This document shows positions 51,076 through 61,200 of a DNA stretch of 64,000 nt, piece by piece. The notes beneath the pieces are model-generated. The model was not told the DNA's origin. It worked only from the letters and a program-made list of their open reading frames with translations, and did not search any database. The stretch covers positions 31,062,001-31,126,000 of the forward strand of contig CM119373.1 in assembly GCA_051294905.1 (NCBI GenBank), given 5' to 3'. A program made the position numbers and the translations under genes. Source of the DNA: Botryllus schlosseri. Taxonomy: Eukaryota. Numbering within the stretch: position 1 is the first letter of the stretch; every line of letters starts with the position of its first letter.

Positions 51076-54000
51076 CAGTGGCGGCTCGTGACAATATCGG
51101 GTGGTGGGGCAAGGGCCGCAAGCGACTTGTTATCAATATGACGTCACAGTAGCGTTTTTCAACGTTCATGATGGCCACATGAATTTCCCGTAAAACAATG
51201 ATTTTTAACGTAGGTGCCGCGAGAGGTTTGCCGGTGGCGTGACTTGAAGTGCGGTAACAAATATTTTATTCATTGTTTTTTATTCAAATGATTATTTAAA
51301 AAATGTACGCGAACTAAGAATCGTTCCCATGCCACGAATCAATCATCAGGTTATCCTTAGTAGCATGCGTTATGATTTCGTGGTAGAGATTACGCAAGCG
51401 CCGAGTAAGACTATACCAAAAATACACAGACCAACTACCTACAAAGAGCATTCGCATGACACCTTGTGGTGTTTTAATCGTTCCATGCTCAGCAATTCTG
51501 TAAAGTGCTGCAGCGCCTCCGACCCGATTTGTATATGGATTCTCGTCCCGAAAGCGAGTCAAATCGATTTGCCCTCGTCCGAAAGTGTTTGGTACACGAT
51601 CCTGATGCGTTACGACCTGCAGGGGATAGGCAATCAAAGCGTTGGCACCCATAAGCGTAAAACATTATAAAAAGCCAGCTGTTATCCATGGAAGATTAAT
51701 TACGAGTCTGCCTGCCATCATTCAAGCAGGAATCACAGCATTGTGTTAAATTGAAATGCGAGCACATATCGCATTAAACAATTTCATGAATAAATTATTT
51801 CATCTTGATGAATTTTTCACTTTTTTTCCATAGCCATAACAAAATATATCGGTAAATTAACTGTCAGTGTGCCTCGAGTAATAAGGATGAAAACCACTCA
51901 CTTTTCCTTAGCCATAGACATGGTTGAGTTACCTGGGCTCACTTGATTGAAATTATTCGGAAAGAACATGATGTGTACAGTCGTCCGCCCACCAGCATTA
52001 ATTTATGTCTTGTATAAGTATTGTGCGCGACGTGATTTCTTATTAGCAAAATGTTCAATAACGAGTTTATTGAAATCTGGAATTCCCAGAACCACGTCGT
52101 TGTGAATCAAGAGAACAGCCAACGCATTAAGCCCATCTTGGCCCATCATGTTTCTGAGAAAGGTCTTGATACGTTTCAATGTGCTGAAACTGCGCTCGGA
52201 TTACGCGGATGAAATCGGGGTGGTCAAAATGATATTCAGAAAGCTAGTTACTGTAGCAAAGTTGATCGAAAGCGAATTTTCAACTAGGAATTTTGAAAGT
52301 TCACTAGTGGTTTTAATTTCCGAAAAGGATGTGTTAGAATACAAACAAGTCAACTCGCTCTCCAACCGAGCAATGTCGATCATCGGGTAATAACGAGGCA
52401 CGCTGCGCAGTAGTCCAGAAGGAAAATGAATTTTGTAGGCAGGGAAATTTCTCGGATTTAACAGGGCGAAAGTAACCAACTGGTCACTATTCAGACGATG
52501 TTGGATTTGGGACATCAGTATATCGCAACATTCGTAAGCCGCAACAAGCAGGTTTTGCACACTTATCCCACGACGTAAAAGCGCTGTGTCACCAGCGAAG
52601 TGTACATTCGCCCGGATATGCGAAATTGCCTCACAAAAATGTGCAATACACAATTTCGCAGTAGTACCATCGGCCATACGCGACTGAAAAGTGCTGTACA
52701 GTGTATCGACGTGCATGAAGATGTCACAAAAAAGCTTCAAAAAGAACAAAAATTCTTCGTCTTCCAGGAGTCGTTTAAGCCCCGCCGCTTCACGTATGGA
52801 AGTATCATCCGAGACAGGAGAACTCTCAATCACTGAGAAGCATTCCAGAAGCTCCACCCTACTCTCTGACACTCGTTGCACAACTCTGGATTGGAAGTTC
52901 CACCGTGTTGATACGCATCTAGGTAACCGGTGCTTGCATATGTCGCGCAATAGATCAGATCGCTTTGGCGGAACAGAGAAAAAGGAGGAGAACCCTGAAA
53001 GATTTGCAAAGAATATCTTGACAGAAGATATTCCTAAGCACATTTTTTTCACTACAAGATTGAGCTGATGCGCGTAGCAATGCAAAAAATGCGCATGCGG
53101 GTAAACTTCTTTCATTAAAACTTGTACGCTATGTCGCGATCCGCTCATGACTGCTGCGCCGTCGTAGGTTTGCGCAATAAGTTTCGACTCAACTGAATAG
53201 GGCTGTAATGTTTTTTTTAATACGTAAGAAATTCCGACAGCAGTGCGATCGTCAACAGCCACAAAGCTGTGGAATCGTTCGACTGGCATACCAAATTTCG
53301 TGAACCGAAAAATCACGACTAGTTGTGTCAAACACGTAATGTCAGTTGTTTCGTCAGACTGAATAGATAGAAATTCAGCGTCAACAATCTCGGTAAACAA
53401 ATGCTGTAGATAGATGTGATATATCGAATCAAGCACATCATTTTGAATAGTCTTTGAGGTACCCTTAGCTACTGTCGCGGTGTCGAGATGTTCGCGCAAA
53501 ATGCTATCAATGGAAGCCGTGTATTTAATTAGATCCAAAAATACCCCCCTATTGAGAGAGCATTCCTTCTCATCGTGGCCTCGAAGGGGCAATTCATGAA
53601 CTCCAATAAATTTAATGGCATCAATCACCCGAGAGAGAACATGCCTATTCTTATCTACAAGCTCATTGTGCTTGCAGACTGATACGCGATAACTTTCATT
53701 GAGCTGCGACATTACATTTACTCTGCCAAACAATTTATATTTAACTGCACTAGCCATGTGCACTTGGGATTTTTGGTGCGTTTTCAGACGCTCTGACAAA
53801 TGCTTCAGATCGCGATAACCAATTTTGTTCCAACAAGAGCCACTGCTTCCGGTACCGGCACTGTCGAATAAAAGACAGTAAAAGCAAAACAAGGCGTTTT
53901 TATCCTCGCCATAAGTAAGCCATTCATTTTTATCGAAATGCGCTGAAGAAAAGGCACGAGTGCGCTTTCCTCCGGCGTACGATTGGATCAATGGGCAATT

Positions 54001-54121
54001 TCTAGGCTGATACGGACCTAGTCGCTTTACCTCTAATTTTTGCTCTAAAGGCAGCTGGCTAAACGGCGTACGGAGCAAAGATTCAACACGATTCATGTTC
54101 GCACTTGACCTGACTACTTAT
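51076..54121 (-). mobile_element. hAT DNA transposon (ZMYM1/PRKRIR-like clade); only the 3'-side terminus is visible
   Basis: Terminus cagtggcggctcgtg at 51076 interrupts the host MITE (putative TSD ctttcaac, 51068-51075); transposase at 52003-54096. The matching cacgagccgccactg end was not found in the window, so the right coordinate is a lower bound. Confidence 0.8.
52003..54096 (-). pseudogene. hAT transposase with a single premature stop at 52201-52203
   Basis: TTF-type Zn finger (WLTY...LFCFYCLLF), DUF4371-like LRGHDE, SDETTD, TYDGAAVMSG, HCYAHQLNL and STRW motifs. After TAA the same frame continues SERSFSTLKRIKTFLRNMMGQDGLNALAVLLIH to a stop at 52003. Confidence 0.92.
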
Positions 54122-54489
54122 CTGCAGAAATGGAAATGACTATAAATCGAGAGATTGCGTATGCCTAACTGGAAAGGTCAACGAGTTCGGACACATACGC
54201 AATTGTTATCTCATAGATTGGACAAGGAAATGTCGGTACTTGTGAAATAAGTGCCCGGAGGTCTAGGCGGCAATAGTTGTTGCACCATAAAATGGGTGTG
54301 TAGTGGGATAGTAAGTGTTTTGCATGTACATTGAAATGAGGGTGAAAAAATCATTAGGCCTGGTAAGGAACAAGTGAAAAAAATAACCCTGTCATAGGAA
54401 TAACACGGGATTAAAATAGGAGAGAGTCAGTACACATGAAACGCCAAGAAAAAGGGGGGTTTGATCCGCCAAAGACGATGGGGAGTTGA

Positions 54490-55473
54490 TCGACGCCACA
54501 TGTCGTATTATTTACTTGCGCAGATACGCGGAAAAGAACATACAATGTGTTGAGTTTGGTCGAATCGGGTGCATTGCTAAACACACGGGATTGTGTGATA
54601 TTTCTGAGAAATCACGGGTTGTTGGTGCGAAGGATGAAATGCAAGCGATGTAAAAAAATAATGAAAGAGGAAATTACGCCAACAGGCGATGATGGATTTA
54701 GGTGGCGATGCAACCCCTGTGACACTACGGCGACTATACGGAAACACTCGATATTCGCGGGAAGCAAGGTAGAACTTCCCAAATTATTAATATTGTTCTA
54801 CTTTTGGTCCCATGACGCGTTGCAAACCCAAATTTCGCATGAAGCCGAGATTAGCCAACGTTCAACGGTCACCTGGTGTGGCCGATTGCGAAAGCTTTGT
54901 ACGGCCGAATTTCACAGGAATAAGCGACGTTTGGGAAATGAAGGCGGTTGTGTAGTTATTGATGAAACGCATCTGGCTAAGCGTCGGGTTGCCTCAGACA
55001 AAGGACCAGCCGTTAAAGCCATTTGGGCGTTCGGGGGAATAGACAAAGCCACCGGAGAAATGTTCATCGAAATAACTTCTGACAGGACTGCTCAAGTATT
55101 TCGAAAGTTCATAGTAGAAAATGTGGCAGAGGGGTCCACAATTTTAACCGATGCCTACCCTTCCTACAGGGGCATAGAAAGCTGGGGGAAGGGTTATATA
55201 CACGGTGTAGTGGACCACTCCCGGTGGTTTAAGGACCCTCGGACAGCTTTTTGTACTAATGAAATCGAGGGGGCCTGGGGACAGCTTAAATATCATTTAC
55301 ATAGGTCTCGTGGTTTGGCACGTCACCTTTTGGCCGATTACGTAGGGGAGTTTTTGTGGAAACGTCAACATCAAAAGACTGACCGATTCTTGGCACTCCT
55401 GCGCACCATACACAATGATCCACGGTATAATTTTGACAAATTTGATGGGTCTCCTGTATTACCACATTTGTAA
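54490..55473 (+). CDS. Merlin/IS1595 (ISXO2-like) DDE transposase, apparently intact; true start unresolved
   Basis: Zn-ribbon CKRC...WRCNPC; catalytic VVIDET, ILTDAYPSY, HSRWFKDP, TNEIEGAW and YVGEFLWK motifs. Frame open from 54490 without ATG until MKCKRC; acceptor-like ttatttacttgcgcag ends at 54523. Confidence 0.92.
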   Translation, partial: STPHVVLFTCADTRKRTYNVLSLVESGALLNTRDCVIFLRNHGLLVRRMKCKRCKKIMKEEITPTGDDGFRWRCNPCDTTATIRKHSIFAGSKVELPKLLILFYFWSHDALQTQISHEAEISQRSTVTWCGRLRKLCTAEFHRNKRRLGNEGGCVVIDETHLAKRRVASDKGPAVKAIWAFGGIDKATGEMFIEITSDRTAQVFRKFIVENVAEGSTILTDAYPSYRGIESWGKGYIHGVVDHSRWFKDPRTAFCTNEIEGAWGQLKYHLHRSRGLARHLLADYVGEFLWKRQHQKTDRFLALLRTIHNDPRYNFDKFDGSPVLPHL

Positions 55474-55602
55474 ACCCCGTTTTAAGGTTCCAGGACGGAA
55501 ATGACGACATCTGTTGTTTTGTGTTTTTACAGACGGTAGTCTAGGTCTAGTGCGCGATTATATTTAGTTTATGACGTGGCGAGAACCACCACTGTCTGTG
55601 CC

Positions 55603-58119
55603 ATGGACCTCCTTCCTTATTCTCTGTCTATCCTTGTTGGTATCATTTGTACGTCTGATGTGGTGCTGCATACGGCGGCGAAAGGCATGCACGGACTTGC
55701 AGATCCTGTAACAAGTAGGGCACGGTCTTTCACTCAGGGGACGCTAGGGGAACTACGGGGACCCCTGCCTGAAGAATGGATCACTCTAAATGATACACAA
55801 TGGGAGGACTATCACTTGATGAGCATTTTCAACAAAACGGCGGAGCGACATGTATATAGACGGCCTGAACTATTTTACAGCAAGTCATTTGGTTACGTAG
55901 TAGCTGAGCGTGTTTCATTACAACAAATGGCGTTTCCACATGGAAGATATTGGACAAGTGTACAAGATTTTGAACGCACCTGTCTCTGTCAACGGCGCCT
56001 GGGCCAAATCATGCCCAATATTTCCTATGATGTCCTTAAACAAACGAACATGTTCGTGCGTCCAATAGGGTATTATAGGATTCGTTGGTTCTGGAGTGGG
56101 GACCAATACATGTCGTTTCATGACCTTGGCAAGAATTACTCTATGTTTGCTCTGACCAAATTTAAATTAATTATGATGAGGCTATTCGAAAGTTATTCAG
56201 CTATTGAAGCATCATGCCGTCAAGAGCCTATGGGAGACCGGGACAGAGCCGAAATAAATGAATTGAATAAGTATAATGCCAGTAGCAATAGTTTTACACA
56301 ATGCTGGCATCTAATACAAAAAAGAGCCTATCGGGGCGACTATTGGCAACAGTTGTACTCCTATAGGGAGAAAGGGGTCATATTGGGAATCTGTACAAGG
56401 TGTGATTTTAGAGGAGTTATCTCTGCCCTGGAACCAAATAAGGCAGATATAATCATCCAAGAAATAGTAATGACTAAAGTAAGTAACGTGCAGTATGTGC
56501 GCACTCCATTGATACCATGCCGGGCTCAGGGGGGATGGATTAATCAGGACTGGTTTGAGCACTTATGGCCAAGGGGTCGTGTAATAGCCCATTCGTGCAA
56601 CTTCTGGCCAGGAATGAATACCACTCTATGGGGTGATCTACCAACGACAAATTTTCCTCCCAGAGTAAAATGGATACAACCGTCTTTTCCAAATCTGGAT
56701 CACAGTGTGTATGCTAATCGTGGCAATCAGGGCATGAGGTGGAATAACCTTTTTGATGGTGTGCCGACTAGGTTTAAGGCATCTACATCAACATGGGTAC
56801 CTTTTCCCAGGCCTATGTGGAAATTCTTCCCCTCTCTTACTGCATCGGATGAAGCATGTAAAAATAGAATATCACATAACCAGGATTTGTGCCGCGACCC
56901 TGTAGGAGGACCCATTTTGAAGGCAGCCTTTTGGGACCATGTTCATTTTGATCCGGAGCTAAACCGACCACGCTTCCCAGGGGGACCAATAGAAATTAAA
57001 GGTGAATTGGTATCAAGCAATACCGCCCCACGGGGTACGCGTAGAAGGCGTAAAAGGTTCCTGGCAGGACTGGTATGTCTCGTTTTTGCTGCGATATCAG
57101 CGATCGCCGTCGTTGCGACAGTTTCATCCCAGTTACATGAAGAAACATTGGATCTTAGCCGACAAATCAATAATAGAATGATACAGGCCACGCAGAGGTC
57201 CACTGCACTAGGGAGAAAGATTAACGAACTCTCTCTTCTGCAAATAACCCAACAACAGAAACTGGATCAAACGATCGCTACCATGGAAATGAGGACAACG
57301 TTAACAAATAAACGACTTGTACTAATGGAAAAGTACATAGAAAGAAACCGACAAATGATAGTACGACAAGCCACAGCATCCCTGACCTCTTTTCAAAACT
57401 ATAAGGAAATGAGCGAAGCTGAACTGGCCCTTGATCGATTGGTTTTGGACGAGTTGGCTAATTTAACTGGCAAGTTAATATTCGACTCCAGCAAAGTATA
57501 TCTCACAAAAATCCGACAAGGAACGCTACGGATAAAAGAACACGCTCAGCAATTAATAGCCTATAGAGACGCTTACATCAATGAGACGAATGACATTGGG
57601 GAAGAGCTACGTGCTAACCGAATCAGTCTAGATCAAGCCCAACAGGGTGTGGATTTGGGTTTACAAGTTTGGAGAAAAGATCTAAATAAGAGTGTGTACA
57701 TGAATATTTCTGATTGGCGATATGAGAATATTACAATTAAGCCTTTCGAATTTGTTGGAGGAAAAGAATTTATGAATAACTTGGGCCAAACGATAGAAGA
57801 CATGACACATGGTGTAGGAAGCTTGATAAAATCAGTAGGAGATAGCACAGGAGATCTTCTACAAGATGGATTAGGTGCGGTCGGAGGAATATTCAATAAG
57901 GGAGTGAGCGGAATTTTTTCCGGCCTGGGGTCTGTTCTAATTCCAGTAATTTTGATATTGGGGGCCGGGATCATCTTGTTTTGTGGCTGTCGTTATAGCA
58001 GTCTTTGCTGTCCTAAGTTAAAACCTAAGGTACAACGGCGGAACACGAATACTCAGTTGACGATGTACATATCATCGGCATCGAACCCCGTTAAAACGGC
58101 CAAATCGACAAGAATGTAG
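55603..58119 (+). CDS. Viral envelope-like fusion glycoprotein (class-I-like, ~838 aa)
   Basis: gccATGg start; signal peptide; many N-x-S/T sequons; RRRRKR|FLAGLVCLVFAAISAIAVVA (furin site plus fusion peptide at 57040-57120); long heptad-rich region; Gly-rich amphipathic pre-TM segment; TM VLIPVILILGAGIILF; Cys-rich tail. Confidence 0.85.
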   Translation: MDLLPYSLSILVGIICTSDVVLHTAAKGMHGLADPVTSRARSFTQGTLGELRGPLPEEWITLNDTQWEDYHLMSIFNKTAERHVYRRPELFYSKSFGYVVAERVSLQQMAFPHGRYWTSVQDFERTCLCQRRLGQIMPNISYDVLKQTNMFVRPIGYYRIRWFWSGDQYMSFHDLGKNYSMFALTKFKLIMMRLFESYSAIEASCRQEPMGDRDRAEINELNKYNASSNSFTQCWHLIQKRAYRGDYWQQLYSYREKGVILGICTRCDFRGVISALEPNKADIIIQEIVMTKVSNVQYVRTPLIPCRAQGGWINQDWFEHLWPRGRVIAHSCNFWPGMNTTLWGDLPTTNFPPRVKWIQPSFPNLDHSVYANRGNQGMRWNNLFDGVPTRFKASTSTWVPFPRPMWKFFPSLTASDEACKNRISHNQDLCRDPVGGPILKAAFWDHVHFDPELNRPRFPGGPIEIKGELVSSNTAPRGTRRRRKRFLAGLVCLVFAAISAIAVVATVSSQLHEETLDLSRQINNRMIQATQRSTALGRKINELSLLQITQQQKLDQTIATMEMRTTLTNKRLVLMEKYIERNRQMIVRQATASLTSFQNYKEMSEAELALDRLVLDELANLTGKLIFDSSKVYLTKIRQGTLRIKEHAQQLIAYRDAYINETNDIGEELRANRISLDQAQQGVDLGLQVWRKDLNKSVYMNISDWRYENITIKPFEFVGGKEFMNNLGQTIEDMTHGVGSLIKSVGDSTGDLLQDGLGAVGGIFNKGVSGIFSGLGSVLIPVILILGAGIILFCGCRYSSLCCPKLKPKVQRRNTNTQLTMYISSASNPVKTAKSTRM

Positions 58120-58206
58120 TGCACGCATATGTACTCAAAGGATTTTACTTTTATTAATTTAAATTTTTTCAAAAGTCCACAGATATACTAACTAATTTAT
58201 AATAAT

Positions 58207-61200
58207 ATGAATCGTTACCTTAAATTATGGATTGTGCTGGCAGTAGCCTTAACACTACACCGAGGATATCTTCAAACTCATGGCCAATTATTGCCCCTAT
58301 CTGCTATGAGTGTGAGGTTAGCATTTAATCTTACAGGATGGACAACGTTCCGGTATCAAGGTCTCAGATACATCCGCCTTAATCGTCTATTCAAATTAAA
58401 CGAGAGTTGGCCAATAGGTGAAACGGAAAATAATTTTCCAATATACGAAGAGACGCCCAAATTTGGTCCAACACGAGCTAGTCAGGATCAATTGTACAAG
58501 TTATTTGCACCCTCGGGGTCTGACAAGAGGTATTGGAACGATGTTAGACAATACGAAAGAGAATGCGGGTGCAATCGGAAACTATCAAGAATATCTCCCG
58601 ATATTACGTTGGCAGCCTTTACCAGAACCACAACATATCGCCGAAAGAATAACTTTGGCTTAGTACATACATGGAAGTATGTGGTAGGAAGGGAAGAACA
58701 TGGCACTATGGCTGTGCCGGGTCCGATCCTTCGGATGATATCTCCTAATGCTACTCCACAAGTTACTATACATCAACTGTTGACGGTGTACAAGTTATCA
58801 GTGATGAATATCTTGGCACAATATGCAACAGTGACAGCAAGGTGTCAGCAGCGTTTCGAAGAAATCGCGGGATGGAGAGTCAATAAAGGCGAATTTAACG
58901 TATGTGTGCACGGAGAAGACAACCAGATGCAATGCATAGGATGCTCATTTTATACAGAGGATCTGGCAGTAAATATACTTTCCAGAGACTTTGTGGTCAT
59001 GGAAATAGATAATAGCATAAGAGGATTAGGGACGAGAATGCAAGAAACTTATTCCTACAGTCAATGGCCAGCGGGAGTCAAATTACCCAGATTACATCAC
59101 GACATCGTGTGGTTGAAGGCTCGAAATGAGACGGGCCCCAGGGAGAGGCCAGCAAACTTTGATGGTCATACTTGGTTTAGATTGAGGATTTACGCTCTCC
59201 GCGAACATCTGAATAATGATACTCAACGGATAATGGGGAAGAGAAATTTTCCGACTATGTTGCAAGGCAGCATAGAATGTGAACGTAAAAAAAATCAAAA
59301 GGTTTGTCGAAATTCAATAGGAAGTTTAAAGACGGCATTGGCCTTTAAGGAAGTGTTATATGATCCATATACAAATCAACCCGTGTATGCAGATCATAGC
59401 AATGGTCGTTTACGAATTGCATCTCCAAAACCTGCAGGTCAGGAATCTCCCCTCAAAGCATGGCCTAAGAGTCTACCCAAGTGTAAACAACCCGGTAGAT
59501 TAGGCGACTTTATCCTGACTGCATCATTTAAAAGCAATGGGCAAAATACAAGGAATATGGACTATTATCTAGCTCGCCTAGGAATGTATTACGTAGAAGC
59601 AACAAAACGGCGGTTACGCCAGTTATCTTTGCCCATATATAAAATGCGGAGAAAACTGGGGAGATTGGACAGGTCCATAACTGGTGAAGAGATGGAGTCT
59701 CTAAGTCAGGCGCTACGGTCAGCCTTGACACCTCAGAAACTGAGTAGGATAAATGAAGAATTACTGAGCTATATGTCAACACGCAAGCTCATAGAGGTGC
59801 AGTTTCATGATATCCGGATATTCCGACCAAGTGTGGCCTACACAGCCACAATATGTGCTGGAATATTGGTGTATACGCCTTATGCCTATAAGGACAATAA
59901 CAAAATCAGAACTAACTCTGAAATGCCATTGAGTACCGCGGAATCAATAACGACAAAGGCTGTAAATTTTGAAGGAACCACTCGAAAAGTACCTTCTAGC
60001 TCCGTAATGCCACGAAGTAACGCGGAAGCAATAACGACAAGGACTGTAAGTTACGAAGGAATCACTCGAGAAGTGCCTTCTAGTAGCGAGACTGGTATAT
60101 GGGTTGATATCACTTCTGTTGTAGCGACTCCAGAACCCGCTGTGACACGGGTAAAAACCATAACAATTACTGAGGAAAATGTAAGAATGACGAATCAATA
60201 CGACACTAACCAATATAACTACGATTATATAGAAGGTTACGACGAAGGAATTAGCTATGCCGGTTATGACGATAATACTAGTTTTCAAGACGCTGGAAAT
60301 TACTACTACGATTATTATGACAAAGACGGAGAATATAATGTTTTATTAAAACATAGGCCCATACAGATAGCTTATACTACGGATTCTACAAATATTATTG
60401 AAACTACAATGGCATTACCAATGATTGAAACTCCAACATCAATTAAAAATACTCAATATACGACTGAGTTAACAACAGATACGACAATTTCCACGCCAAA
60501 AACGTCTGCACATACGTCAGATAGTATTACGACCACTTTATCCACTGCTGCAATCACACCACATACTGGAGGGTTGACATCGGCTATTGCTATTTCCGAA
60601 ACGACTTCATCAACATCGCTCCCAGCCATATTGACTACTGTGCATTCCTCACGCGAAGATAACACCGGCCCAAGACCAACTACATCTATTATTACATTCT
60701 TAACTACGGTGAAAACTGTTAGTGAGCAAGAAAGACGCAGGACGAGTCCCACTGATATTTTCACAACTGTGGAACCATCTATGGCTATATCAGCAGAGAT
60801 GGACACTCAGAAAAGCATTGGTATTGCCACGACAGGAGTCACCTTTTCTGAAAGTGGGTTAACAACACGTGTACCAATGGCGAGAAGTGTAAAAGCAAGG
60901 TTACAATGGAATACCATGACCTATCAAATACCCTCAAAAAATGGTGAAATGTTAGGCTCCTTATCCGTGCCAATAAGGAAAACATCCCAAATTACGCAGA
61001 TACCTGAGTCTTACATACAATTAAGTCATCACGCAAATCAAATCAAGGACACGACACCGCCAAGAGCGCATTTCAATATGTTGTTTGATACATCACAAGT
61101 AGCAACGACAGTTGAAACGCACCAATACTTCGTCACCAGCAAGTCCCGCTCTAATACAGAACCAGATAATTTAAACAAAAAGCAAGATCTACAGGTAAGA

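Noticed and set aside
54547-55473. Bacterial IS1595 contamination
   Set aside because: Neighbours have eukaryotic signal peptides, sequons, Kozak context and splice-acceptor-like sites; no ribosome-binding sites or bacterial genes are evident.
55918-60806. Antisense and overlapping short ORFs within the glycoprotein genes, and most other 60-120 aa ORFs in the track
   Set aside because: Shadows of real ORFs or of repeats; many start at non-ATG codons and show no recognisable domains.
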